From an uncultured delta proteobacterium (GTDB lineage Bacteria; Myxococcota_A; Polyangia; Polyangiales; JAFGIB01): a stretch of 64,000 nt of DNA. Location: contig CAVZVA010000005.1 of the NCBI GenBank assembly GCA_963778655.1, positions 512,001 to 576,000 on the forward strand. Direction: 5' to 3'. The notes below the pieces were generated by a model. That model saw nothing but the letters and a program-made list of their open reading frames with translations. It searched no databases and was not told the DNA's origin. Numbering within the stretch: position 1 is the first letter of the stretch; every line of letters starts with the position of its first letter. This document shows positions 11,193 to 19,808 of this stretch, piece by piece. A program made the translations under genes and the position numbers.

Positions 11193-11313
11193 CTGGTCGC
11201 GGTCTTACCCCGAGACCGGGACGGATTCACCACAATCGTGGCGCCGGGCGCGCCGCTGCGACTCCGCCGGCCGCGTTGCGGCCCGGGCGGCGGCAGCGTA
11301 CGATCGCGGCACC

Positions 11314-12105
11314 ATGGCAGGTGCTCCGGCCAGGGTGGAATCGGGTGTGTGGGTCGCTGGGCTGCGCGAGCTGCTGCTGCCGCTCGCGGTCGCCGCGTGC
11401 TTCGTCCTGTACTACTTCGCGGAGCAGCCGTGGTGGGTGATGGTCGCGGTCGCGCTGCCGATGCTCGCGCTGTATCTGTTCGCGCCGCGCTGGGCCGCGC
11501 TCTCGGTGGCTCGCTTCGACCGCGACCTGGTGCGGTTGCTTTCGACCGGGCGCCAATCGTTGCTACCCGGCCGCTACGCGCGCTCGTTCGGGATGCGGAT
11601 GTTCTCGGCGCCGGCTGTTCGCGCCGAGCGACGCGCGGTGGTCGCCGCCGAAAACGGGCATCCGGCCGAGGCCCGCGCCGCGTACCGCAACGCGCTGCGC
11701 GAGCAGCCCAGCGGCGCGCCTCTGCGGGTGCTGCTGGGCTACGCACACGCGTGCTACGCGCTGGGGGACGACGTGGAGGCGATTCGGGTCTATCGCGAGT
11801 TGCTCGACCAGGCCGGCTCACTGCCGGGCGTGCGCCGCAATCTCGCCCACGCGCTGGTGCGCCACGGCGACTCGTTGCGCGAGGCGCTGTCGCTGATTGA
11901 GGGCGACCTCGCGCTGGATACCGGCTCCGAGCGCAAGGCCGAGCGCGACCTGCTGCGGGCCGTGGCCCACGCCAAGCTGGGCGAGCGCGAGCGAGCGCGC
12001 GAGCTGGCCGAGCAGAGCGCGCAGGCGCAAGGCGACCTGGCCGTCGCGCTGCGGGTCGAGCTGCAGCGCGCCCTGGACGGCGCCGCGGCCCCCCGCCCAA
12101 CCTGA
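11314..12105 (+). CDS. Membrane-anchored TPR-like protein
   Basis: Two N-terminal hydrophobic segments followed by TPR-like helices (AHACYALGDDVEAIRVY). Confidence 0.7.
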   Translation: MAGAPARVESGVWVAGLRELLLPLAVAACFVLYYFAEQPWWVMVAVALPMLALYLFAPRWAALSVARFDRDLVRLLSTGRQSLLPGRYARSFGMRMFSAPAVRAERRAVVAAENGHPAEARAAYRNALREQPSGAPLRVLLGYAHACYALGDDVEAIRVYRELLDQAGSLPGVRRNLAHALVRHGDSLREALSLIEGDLALDTGSERKAERDLLRAVAHAKLGERERARELAEQSAQAQGDLAVALRVELQRALDGAAAPRPT

Positions 12106-12111
12106 GCGTGA

Positions 12112-12232
12112 AACAGGTACGCGGGAAGACGGGAAGCTCTGGCGATTCCGTTCGGGTGCCGTGGCCTGGGTGCCGGCGACGGTCGAGCGCGCACCCTACG
12201 CCCGATCCCAACGTCTGCCCCTCTTCCCGTGT
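12112..12232. repeat. REP-like inverted repeat (copy C)
   Basis: AACAGGTACGCGGGAAGACGGGAAG (12112-12136) and CTGCCCCTCTTCCCGTGT (12215-12232), between convergent genes. Confidence 0.65.
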
Positions 12233-12241
12233 CTCGGGACG

Positions 12242-12832
12242 TCAGCCGCCAGCTTTGCGCAGCTCTTGCAAGACCAGCTTGGCCACCGCCTTGAGCGTGT
12301 CGAACACGCCGACGCCCTGCGGCGCGACCGCCTCGAACTCGGGCGCGGCCTTGGGGTTGAGCTCGACGCGCAGCTCGTCGACCGGAACCACCCCGGGCAT
12401 GTCGCGCTTGTTGTACTGGATGACGAAGGGGATGTTATCGAGCGAATAGCCCTGCTCGGCCAGGTTGTTGCGCAGGTTCTCCATCGACTCGAGGTTCGCT
12501 TCCATGCGCGCCAGCTGCGAGTCGGCCACGAACACCACGCCGTCCACGCCCTTGAGGATCAGCTTGCGGCTGGCATCGTAGAACACCTGCCCGGGCACGG
12601 TGTAGAGGTGGAAGCGGGTCTTGAAGCCGCGGATCTCGCCCAGCGCCAGTGGCAGGAAGTCGAAGAACAGGGTGCGCTCGGTCTCGGTCGCGAGCGAGAT
12701 CATCTTGCCGCGCGCGCCGGGATTGGTCTTGCCGTAGATGTACTGCAGATTCGCGGTCTTCCCGCACAGACCGGGACCGTAGTACACGATCTTGCAGTTG
12801 ATTTCCCGCGACAGGTAGTTGATGAAAGACAT
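12242..12832 (-). CDS. mglA: Ras-like motility GTPase MglA
   Basis: [36 protein letters not shown]. Confidence 0.97.
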   Translation of the reverse strand: MSFINYLSREINCKIVYYGPGLCGKTANLQYIYGKTNPGARGKMISLATETERTLFFDFLPLALGEIRGFKTRFHLYTVPGQVFYDASRKLILKGVDGVVFVADSQLARMEANLESMENLRNNLAEQGYSLDNIPFVIQYNKRDMPGVVPVDELRVELNPKAAPEFEAVAPQGVGVFDTLKAVAKLVLQELRKAGG

Positions 12833-12846
12833 GCGGCCGCTACCCG

Positions 12847-13326
12847 TCAGTCGTTGAAGAGGTTGTCGATGTCATCGTCGGTGATCTCGGCGAACATCGC
12901 ATTCCCCGGGCCGGTCGACTTGGCGGCGAGCGCCTGGAAGATGCCGCCAAGCTGCTCGCTGGCTTTCTTCACGCGCAGCCGCACCAGGCCCAGGCTGGTC
13001 TTCTTGTCGAAGATCACGACCAGGATCACGCGGTTGTCCACCAGTTGAATGTGGATGTTGGCGTTCTCGCCCTCGTGAAACTGGGTGGTGAACTCGTTCT
13101 CGCGCAGCAGCTTGGCCATGCCGCCGGTCGCGGCGATGTTGCCCGCGGTGAGCGAGGCGAGCGAGGTCGTGTCGATGTGCGACGCATCCCCGCCGGCCGC
13201 GATCAGCTGGCCGTTCTTGTCGATGATGAAAGCGACGCTCGCGTTCGCGGCGTTCACCAGGGTGTCGATGATCCCTTGGATCTGTCGAAACTCCTCTTCG
13301 TACATCACCATTTGCGGGTCAGGCAT
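12847..13326 (-). CDS. mglB: Roadblock/LC7 protein MglB (MglA GAP)
   Basis: [30 protein letters not shown]-terminal [11 protein letters not shown]. Confidence 0.96.
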   Translation of the reverse strand: MPDPQMVMYEEEFRQIQGIIDTLVNAANASVAFIIDKNGQLIAAGGDASHIDTTSLASLTAGNIAATGGMAKLLRENEFTTQFHEGENANIHIQLVDNRVILVVIFDKKTSLGLVRLRVKKASEQLGGIFQALAAKSTGPGNAMFAEITDDDIDNLFND

Positions 13327-13555
13327 TAAGTCCTCCGCGCGTCATCGCGCCGCAGCCTGCTGAAGGGATTGACGTTGGTATCAGAGCGAGTCGGGTAGCG
13401 GCAAGTCCTCGGGAGGCCGGGATCCATCGAATTCCAGCTATCATATCCGGCTGTTACGAGCTGCACAATTTCCCTTTTTAGACTTTCTCGGCGAACCGTC
13501 CGCACGTTCGGCCAGGACGAGCCCGATTCGCGGCTCGCTGCGCTATGGTAGCGCC

Positions 13556-15292
13556 GTGCGCGCGGCGCTGCGTTTGCTCGGGAATCTGCTGCGGATCGCG
13601 CTGTGGCCGCTGTGGCTCGGGTCCCGGCGGCTGCGGCGGCCCCGAGGCCGTTTCGTCGAGGTGCGCCTGCACGCCCATCCGGTCGAGGTCGCAGGTCGTG
13701 CGCGGCTGTGGCAGCGGCTGCTCCGGCGCGACGGCGCCGGTCGGATGCGATCGATCGCCGAGCTGCGCGAGCTGGCCGACCTGGTCGGCGCAGATCCGCG
13801 TGCCGATGGGTTGTTGCTTCACTTGCCGCACCTGCGCGCCGGTTGGGCCACATGCAGCAGCCTGCGCGACGTGATCTCGTCGCTGCGCGCGCGCGGCAAG
13901 CGCGTGGTCGCGTACCTGCCGCTGGGCGGCGGCAACCGCGAGCTGTACGTGGCGCTGGCCGCCGACCGCGTGATCGCCTCGCCGCAGGCGCCGCTCTCGC
14001 TGCTGGGGGTCGCCAGCAGCGCGCTCTACCTCAAGCCACTGCTCGACCGGCTGGGGGTGCAGGCCGAGGTGCACGCCCACGGTGAGTTCAAGACCGCGGC
14101 CGAGAGCGTGCTGCGCGAGGAGATGAGCGAGCCCGAGCGCGAACAGCTCGGCGCACTGATCGACAACCTGCAGCGCGAGCTGGCGCGGGCGCTGTGCTCG
14201 CGGCCGGGCTTCGACGCCGAGCGCGCGGCCGCGCTGCTGGCGCGCGGCCTGTGGGGGGCCGCGGCGGCACTCGAGCAAGGGCTGCTGGACGCCTGCTGCT
14301 ACGAGGACGAGCTGCCGCGCGAGCTCGGCCAGGACGCGGGCGACGGCGGTCGCGGGCTGGTCCCGGCGGCGCGCTACCTGGCCTTTCGGCGCGCGCGGCT
14401 TTGGCAACCCTTACGCCCGCCGCCGCTGGTGGCGGTGGTGGCGGTGCACGGCGCGATCGTGCACGGGGCCCTGTTCCCGCGTCTGCCCGGGTCGCGCGCG
14501 GCGGTGCTCGAAGGCGTGGTGGGCGCGCTGCGCCGGGCGCGCCGCAGCCGGCGCGTGCGCGCGGTCCTGCTGCACGTGGATTCGCCCGGCGGCTCGGCCC
14601 TGGCCAGCGATCTGATCCACCGCGAGCTGGTGCGCCTGCGCGAGAAGAAGCCCGTGGTGGCCTACCTCGGCGACGTGGCCGCCAGCGGCGGCTACTACGT
14701 GGCAGCCCCGTGCCAGCGCATCGTCGCTCAGCCCACCACGGTCACCGGCTCGATCGGGGTGGTCTCGGTGCGCCTGCTCGGGGTGGTGCTCGCGCAGCGC
14801 CTGGGGGTGCGCCCGCAGGTCGTGCGCGGCGCGCCGCACGCGGATCTCGGCTCGCCCTTTCGGGCGCTCGACGAGCAGGAGCAGGCGATGATCCGCGCCG
14901 AGACCGACGCCATCTACCGCAGCTTCGTCGCCGTGGTGGCCCAGGGACGCCAGCGCACCCTCGAGGAGGTCGAGCCGCTTGCTCGGGGCCGCGTGTGGTC
15001 GGGCGCCGCCGCCGCGGAACGCGGTCTGGTCGACGAGCTGGGCGGCTTCGATCGCGCGCTTTTGAGGCTGCGCGAGCTGACGCCTTCGCTGCGCGATCTG
15101 CCGCAGCACGCGATCGCGCTGAAGGTGCTGGGGCCCGGCGCGGGCGCTCCGCCGCCGCCGCCCGAGCCCGAGAGCACGGCGTGGTGGTCGCGCCTGCTGG
15201 CAAAGCTGCCGTCCGAAATCGGGGAGGCCTTCTGGCTGCTGGGGGGCGACGAGCACGCGTTGTGCTACGCGGCGCTGCCGGAGCTGCGCTGA
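13556..15292 (+). CDS. sppA: Signal peptide peptidase SppA, tandem S49 domains
   Basis: GEFKTAAE (Lys), VDSPGGS, AASGGYY (Ser), TGSIGV, GRVWSG. Confidence 0.88.
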   Translation: MRAALRLLGNLLRIALWPLWLGSRRLRRPRGRFVEVRLHAHPVEVAGRARLWQRLLRRDGAGRMRSIAELRELADLVGADPRADGLLLHLPHLRAGWATCSSLRDVISSLRARGKRVVAYLPLGGGNRELYVALAADRVIASPQAPLSLLGVASSALYLKPLLDRLGVQAEVHAHGEFKTAAESVLREEMSEPEREQLGALIDNLQRELARALCSRPGFDAERAAALLARGLWGAAAALEQGLLDACCYEDELPRELGQDAGDGGRGLVPAARYLAFRRARLWQPLRPPPLVAVVAVHGAIVHGALFPRLPGSRAAVLEGVVGALRRARRSRRVRAVLLHVDSPGGSALASDLIHRELVRLREKKPVVAYLGDVAASGGYYVAAPCQRIVAQPTTVTGSIGVVSVRLLGVVLAQRLGVRPQVVRGAPHADLGSPFRALDEQEQAMIRAETDAIYRSFVAVVAQGRQRTLEEVEPLARGRVWSGAAAAERGLVDELGGFDRALLRLRELTPSLRDLPQHAIALKVLGPGAGAPPPPPEPESTAWWSRLLAKLPSEIGEAFWLLGGDEHALCYAALPELR

Positions 15293-15355
15293 GGCGCTGC
15301 TGGCCTGGTCTCGGCGCGGTCGAATATGGTAAGGGCCAATCCGGAGGAGACACCC

Positions 15356-15955
15356 ATGCGTAGCGCATCGTTCGGCAGCGTCATCGTGGCGATCGGGCTC
15401 GCCTTCGGGTTCGGTTGCGGCGGCAGCGGCAGCGACGTCAAGCCCGGTCCCATGCCCGACAAGGGGACCTTCACCGGCGTGTATTTCTCGCCGCAGTACG
15501 GGGAGATGCACATGGTGCAAAACGGCACCGCGGTGGTCGGCAAGTACAAGAAGGACGAGCGCTCGGGCACGATCCAAGGCGAAGCGGACGGCGATCTGAT
15601 GCGCTTCGAGTGGACCGAGTACAAGGCGATGGTCCAGAACCGTCCCCAGGAAACGCGCGGCCATGGCTACTTCCGCTACATGATCGATCCGTCCAACGGC
15701 GATCACCTGTTGAAAGGGCGCTGGGGGCTGGACGACAGCGACACCAACGGCGGTCCCTGGAACGCGTACAAGTCGCGCACGCGCGAGCCCGACCTGGAGC
15801 ACTTCGGAGCCGACATTCCGACCGCGGGCGGCGATAACGGGGCCAGCAGCGGCGATCAGGGCTCGACCGACGAGACGGGCGGCGGCAGCTCGGACGATAA
15901 CTCCGGTAGCAGCAGCAGCAGCGGCGGCGACGAGAGCGGCGACGACATCTTCTGA
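15356..15955 (+). CDS. Lipoprotein with an acidic Gly/Ser tail
   Basis: GGAGG ribosome-binding site; lipobox FGFGC; beta-rich core; low-complexity C-terminus. Confidence 0.75.
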   Translation: MRSASFGSVIVAIGLAFGFGCGGSGSDVKPGPMPDKGTFTGVYFSPQYGEMHMVQNGTAVVGKYKKDERSGTIQGEADGDLMRFEWTEYKAMVQNRPQETRGHGYFRYMIDPSNGDHLLKGRWGLDDSDTNGGPWNAYKSRTREPDLEHFGADIPTAGGDNGASSGDQGSTDETGGGSSDDNSGSSSSSGGDESGDDIF

Positions 15956-15989
15956 CTCGCCGCAGCTGGTGCGGCGCACGTGGCAGCGC

Positions 15990-17015
15990 TCAGCGGCCGC
16001 GCGTGCTTCGCTCGCCGTCGCCGGCTCGGGTGGAGCGCGTGCGCCCGGCCGCGAGCAGGTAGTAGTACACCCCCGAGCCGACTAGCGCCGCGAACACGAG
16101 CTTGGCGGCGTAGGGCAGGGTGGGCTCATGGATTTGGCTGATCGTGCCTTCGATCACGCCGGCCAGCACCAAGATCGGCATCCCGCCGAGCACCAGCGCG
16201 GCGGCCCGCGGAGCCTCGGCCGCGAGCGCGTCGCGGCGCCGCCGCCGCCCCGGCAGCCATAGCGCGCGCGCCAGCAGCAGCCCGCCGCCTCCGGCGATGC
16301 ACACCACCGTCAGCTCGGGGATACCGTGCGGCAGGATCCACGCCCAGAAGAACAGGCCCAGCCCGCTCTGGTGATACTGCATCGCGAGCGCGCCGAGCGG
16401 GACGCCGTTGTAGAAGAGCATCGCCACCGTGCCCACGCCGAAGGTGATGCCGAGCGCGAAGACGATGAAGCTGACCTGGATGTTGTGGGTGAACAGCCAA
16501 CCCGAAAACGCCACCGACCGGTCCCCCGCCGCGCGCTTGCTCCGTTCGTCGTGTCCGACGCGCTCGCCGGGGGTCATCTGCTGGTGCGAGTCGGGAATCA
16601 GCGCGCCCAGCGAGTGTGGGTCGGTCGCCACGAACACGGCGCCGACCGCAGCTCCCGACAGCAGGATTGCGGCCGACAGCGCGATCGCGCGCAGCTCGGC
16701 GCGAAACAACCGTGGGAAGCCGCGGGCGAAGAATTCGACCACTCGCCGATCGGGGCGCGGTCGAGCCGCATGGATCACCGAGTATGCGCGAGCCACCACG
16801 TCGTTGAGGTAGTCGACAACGCGCGCGTTCACTTGCTCGGTGCGCGCGCGGATCAAGTCGGCCGAGACCGCGCGATATAGCTTGGCCAGCTCGCGGGCCG
16901 CCGCCAGGTCGAGCGTGGCGACGCCGCCGTGCTCCACGCGTCGCAGCAGCCGCTCCAGGCGGGCCCAGCTGGTGGTGCGCTCCTCGATGAAGCGATTGAC
17001 ATCGAAGCCGTGCAC
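15990..17015 (-). CDS. SpoIIM/DUF95-family membrane protein
   Basis: FTHNIQV, YNG, ILPHGIPEL, AGVIEG; N-terminal W..LE / LYR....DL pattern. Confidence 0.88.
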   Translation of the reverse strand: MHGFDVNRFIEERTTSWARLERLLRRVEHGGVATLDLAAARELAKLYRAVSADLIRARTEQVNARVVDYLNDVVARAYSVIHAARPRPDRRVVEFFARGFPRLFRAELRAIALSAAILLSGAAVGAVFVATDPHSLGALIPDSHQQMTPGERVGHDERSKRAAGDRSVAFSGWLFTHNIQVSFIVFALGITFGVGTVAMLFYNGVPLGALAMQYHQSGLGLFFWAWILPHGIPELTVVCIAGGGGLLLARALWLPGRRRRRDALAAEAPRAAALVLGGMPILVLAGVIEGTISQIHEPTLPYAAKLVFAALVGSGVYYYLLAAGRTRSTRAGDGERSTRGR

Positions 17016-17166
17016 GCCCGCTCCAGCATAGCACCTCGGGGACGGCACATCAGAGGCTCGGGCGGTCGCGTGGATCACCCGTGCCCTTCAACGCGGCTGG
17101 CCAGGCGCGCGCGAAACCCTTGCGCATAGAGGCACGTGTGGTTCGCGGGGTTGCTATAGTGGGCGG

Positions 17167-17952
17167 GTGCGGGACGTGCTCGCCATCGTTACTCCGGAGA
17201 ACGTCCGTTTCGAGTTCTGGCTGGCGGGCCTGGCCTCGCGTGCGGCCGCGTGGGTGATCGACCTGCTGGTGATGTCGGCGCTCACCACCCTCGTGTTGGT
17301 GATCGTGAGCGTGGCTGGGGTGCTGCTGGGCGGCGTGGCAGCGGCGATCTACTTCGTGCTCGCGTTCCTGATTCAGTGGGGTTACGGGGCCCTGTGCGAG
17401 TGGGGGTGGGCGGGACAGACCGTGGGCAAGCGCGTGGTCGGGATCCGCGTGCTGCAGCTCTCGGGCACGCGCATCACGCTGCTGCAGGCGTTGGTCCGCA
17501 ACCTGGTGCGGGTGGTGGATCTGATGCCGGCGCTGTACCTGGCCGGCGGTGCGTGCGCGCTGCTGGACACCCGCGGCCGTCGTCTCGGCGACTTGGCAGC
17601 CGGGACCGTGGTGGTGCGCCAGCGCCGCACGCCTCGGCCTTCGGCGGTGGTGGCGCAGGTCGACCGCTACAACTCCTTCATCCACGACCCGCTGGTGGTG
17701 CACCAGGGCACGCGCGTCACGGCGCCAGAGCGCGATGCCATGGTCTCGCTGGCGCTGCGCCGGGAGCAGCTCCCGCTGCCGGTGCGTCACGCCCTGTTCG
17801 CGAAGCTGGCGCGGCACCTGGAGACGCGCCTCGGCGTCCCGCGCCCAGAGTACTTTTCCGAGGAGCGCTTCGTGCTGAACCTGACCGCGGTGGTGCTCGG
17901 GCTGCAGAGCGACCCGGCGGCCGCTGCCGGCGCGGGGGCGCGAGCTCCATGA
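17167..17952 (+). CDS. RDD-family membrane protein
   Basis: TPENV, SRAAAWVID, GQTVGKR, RNLVRVVD, RLGDLAAGTVVV. Confidence 0.9.
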   Translation: MRDVLAIVTPENVRFEFWLAGLASRAAAWVIDLLVMSALTTLVLVIVSVAGVLLGGVAAAIYFVLAFLIQWGYGALCEWGWAGQTVGKRVVGIRVLQLSGTRITLLQALVRNLVRVVDLMPALYLAGGACALLDTRGRRLGDLAAGTVVVRQRRTPRPSAVVAQVDRYNSFIHDPLVVHQGTRVTAPERDAMVSLALRREQLPLPVRHALFAKLARHLETRLGVPRPEYFSEERFVLNLTAVVLGLQSDPAAAAGAGARAP

Positions 17953-18914
17953 CGCGTGGCGTCGTGATCGCTTACCATGGGCGCTGCTTCGACGGGGTGT
18001 GCTCGGCTGCGCTGCTCACGCACGTGCTGCGCGCGCTTCAGCCGGGGCTGGCCGAACCCGCCTATGTCGGCCTGCATCACCAGCCGGGTGGCTCGCACGT
18101 GCCCGAAGCCGTGCTCTCGGGGGAGCTCAACGCGGTGGTCGACTTTCGCTACACCACATCGGAGCGCTTGAGCTGGTGGTTCGACCACCATCTGACCGGC
18201 GTCGTCGGCGAGCAGGAGCGCGCGCACTTGGCGCGCGATCGCAGCGGCCACAAGTTCTTCGATCCGAGCTACGGGTCGTGCTGTCGTTTGATCGCGGACG
18301 TGGCGCGGTCGCGGCTCGGCGTCCGGGTCGACGCGCTCGCAGAGATGATCCACTGGGCGCAGGTGATCGACACTGCGGGCTTCCCGGACGCGCGCACGGC
18401 GGTCGCGCTGGAGCTTCCGGCGCTGCGCTTGATGACGGTGATCGAGGCGTACGGCGAGGACGCGTTCGTGACACCGCGCATCGCCCGCCTGGCGGCCGGT
18501 GCGAAGCTGAGCGAGTTGGTGGAGGATCCGGAGGTCGAGGACTTGTTTGCGCCGCTGGCGCGTGAGCAGCAGCGCACGGTCGAGGCGATCGCGCGCGAGG
18601 GGCGCTGTGAGCGCGGGGTGGTGAGCTTCGACCTCTCGGCCAGCGGGCGCGAGCGCTTCAACAAGCTCATCCCCTACGCGCTGCACCCCGGGGCGCGCTA
18701 CGCGGTGGGCGTGAGCGCCGGGCCACGGCGTGCCAAGGTCTCGGTGGGCAGCAATCCCTGGTCCAGCGCCGCGCAGCCGCACGACATCGCCGCGATCTGC
18801 GCGCGCTTCGGCGGCGGCGGCCATCACGACGTGGGCGCGGTCAGCCTGCAGCCGACGGAGGTCGCGCTGGCGCGCCGGATCGCGGCTCAGATCGCCGCGG
18901 AGCTTGCCGGGTAG
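17949..18914 (+). CDS. DHH/DHHA1 phosphoesterase
   Basis: YHGRCFDG, VVDF, FDHH, GGGGH; ATGA overlap with the RDD stop. Confidence 0.82.
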   Translation: MTRGVVIAYHGRCFDGVCSAALLTHVLRALQPGLAEPAYVGLHHQPGGSHVPEAVLSGELNAVVDFRYTTSERLSWWFDHHLTGVVGEQERAHLARDRSGHKFFDPSYGSCCRLIADVARSRLGVRVDALAEMIHWAQVIDTAGFPDARTAVALELPALRLMTVIEAYGEDAFVTPRIARLAAGAKLSELVEDPEVEDLFAPLAREQQRTVEAIAREGRCERGVVSFDLSASGRERFNKLIPYALHPGARYAVGVSAGPRRAKVSVGSNPWSSAAQPHDIAAICARFGGGGHHDVGAVSLQPTEVALARRIAAQIAAELAG

Positions 18915-18941
18915 GACGCCCGGCGGGGTGTTCGGCCTGCT

Positions 18942-19208
18942 TCAGTTGTACTCGGCGAAGACGATCGAGCAGTTCTTCCACTCCGACTCGCGCATGCGGT
19001 TGCAGAGCTCGGCCAGATCGTCGTCGCAGTCGACCACCAGGCCCTCAGTCGCCCGGCCCGTGGCCTGGTCGAAGCAGCACTCGTCCATCGCGATCCAGCG
19101 CCCGCGCAGCGCATCGTCGTGGCAGATTTCTTGCCAGGTCATGCGTTGGAGCAGGGGCGCACGTTCGGATACTTCGGAGCGTCGGATGTTTGGCATGTAT
19201 TGGCGCAT
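18942..19208 (-). CDS. Small protein, DUF5678-like
   Basis: GRWIAM...VVDCDDDLAEL pattern; coding-like codon use; start uncertain. Confidence 0.6.
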   Translation of the reverse strand: MRQYMPNIRRSEVSERAPLLQRMTWQEICHDDALRGRWIAMDECCFDQATGRATEGLVVDCDDDLAELCNRMRESEWKNCSIVFAEYN

Positions 19209-19808
19209 GGTTTGTTCGGTCGGCTCGCGTTCTCGTCCGCGTCAGGTGCCGGGCGCCTGGTACGGCGTCTTCCTCGGCTCGGCGCGTGGTTGCTGGGAAC
19301 CTACCTAGGGGGACTCCACTCACCTGCCTGCGGTGTCGACCGCTCGCCCCTATTTGGGGGCGGGCCAGCCAGTTCGTTCAAGGCGCAGGCAGCTCGAGTG
19401 TCGCGCAGCGCTGGCCCGAGTCAAGTAGCTGCGCCCTACATTGTACGCATAGCCCTACCCGAACGCGGCCGAAGCTTGCCGAGGAGGTCCGATCGTTGCC
19501 ATTAACCATATGATCATACTTCTGTTTTTGGTCTTGACCGCGGGGCCGTCCGCCCTGCTCCGGGGCCCGGCTGAGGGCCTCGGTTGCGGGGCAATAGGCC
19601 GTATGCGAGACTCGTTGGGCTCTTGCTTAGCACCGATCCCAAGGCTGCTTCGTGGTCGTTTCTCGAGCGGGATGGGGCCGTTCCCGACCCTGAAGCGCAG
19701 GTACGCCGCTACCCCGGCCCTCGCGGGAGCGCGCCCGCATTCGACTCCCCCTTCGAGGGGCGGACCGAGTAGCCCGACGGCGTAGGTGAATTGCCCCGGA
19801 GGTCTTGC

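Noticed and set aside
19560..19660. Minus-strand GCCCCGCAACCG and GAAGCAGCC, resembling parts of the cobalamin riboswitch and SRP RNA
   Set aside because: The other conserved elements (GGGAA..GGTG..AATCC spacing; CAGG..CGGAAGG loop) are missing, and no B12-related gene is adjacent.
19510..19785. 91-aa ORF in the large intergenic region
   Set aside because: No motifs, no clear ribosome-binding site and atypical codon use.
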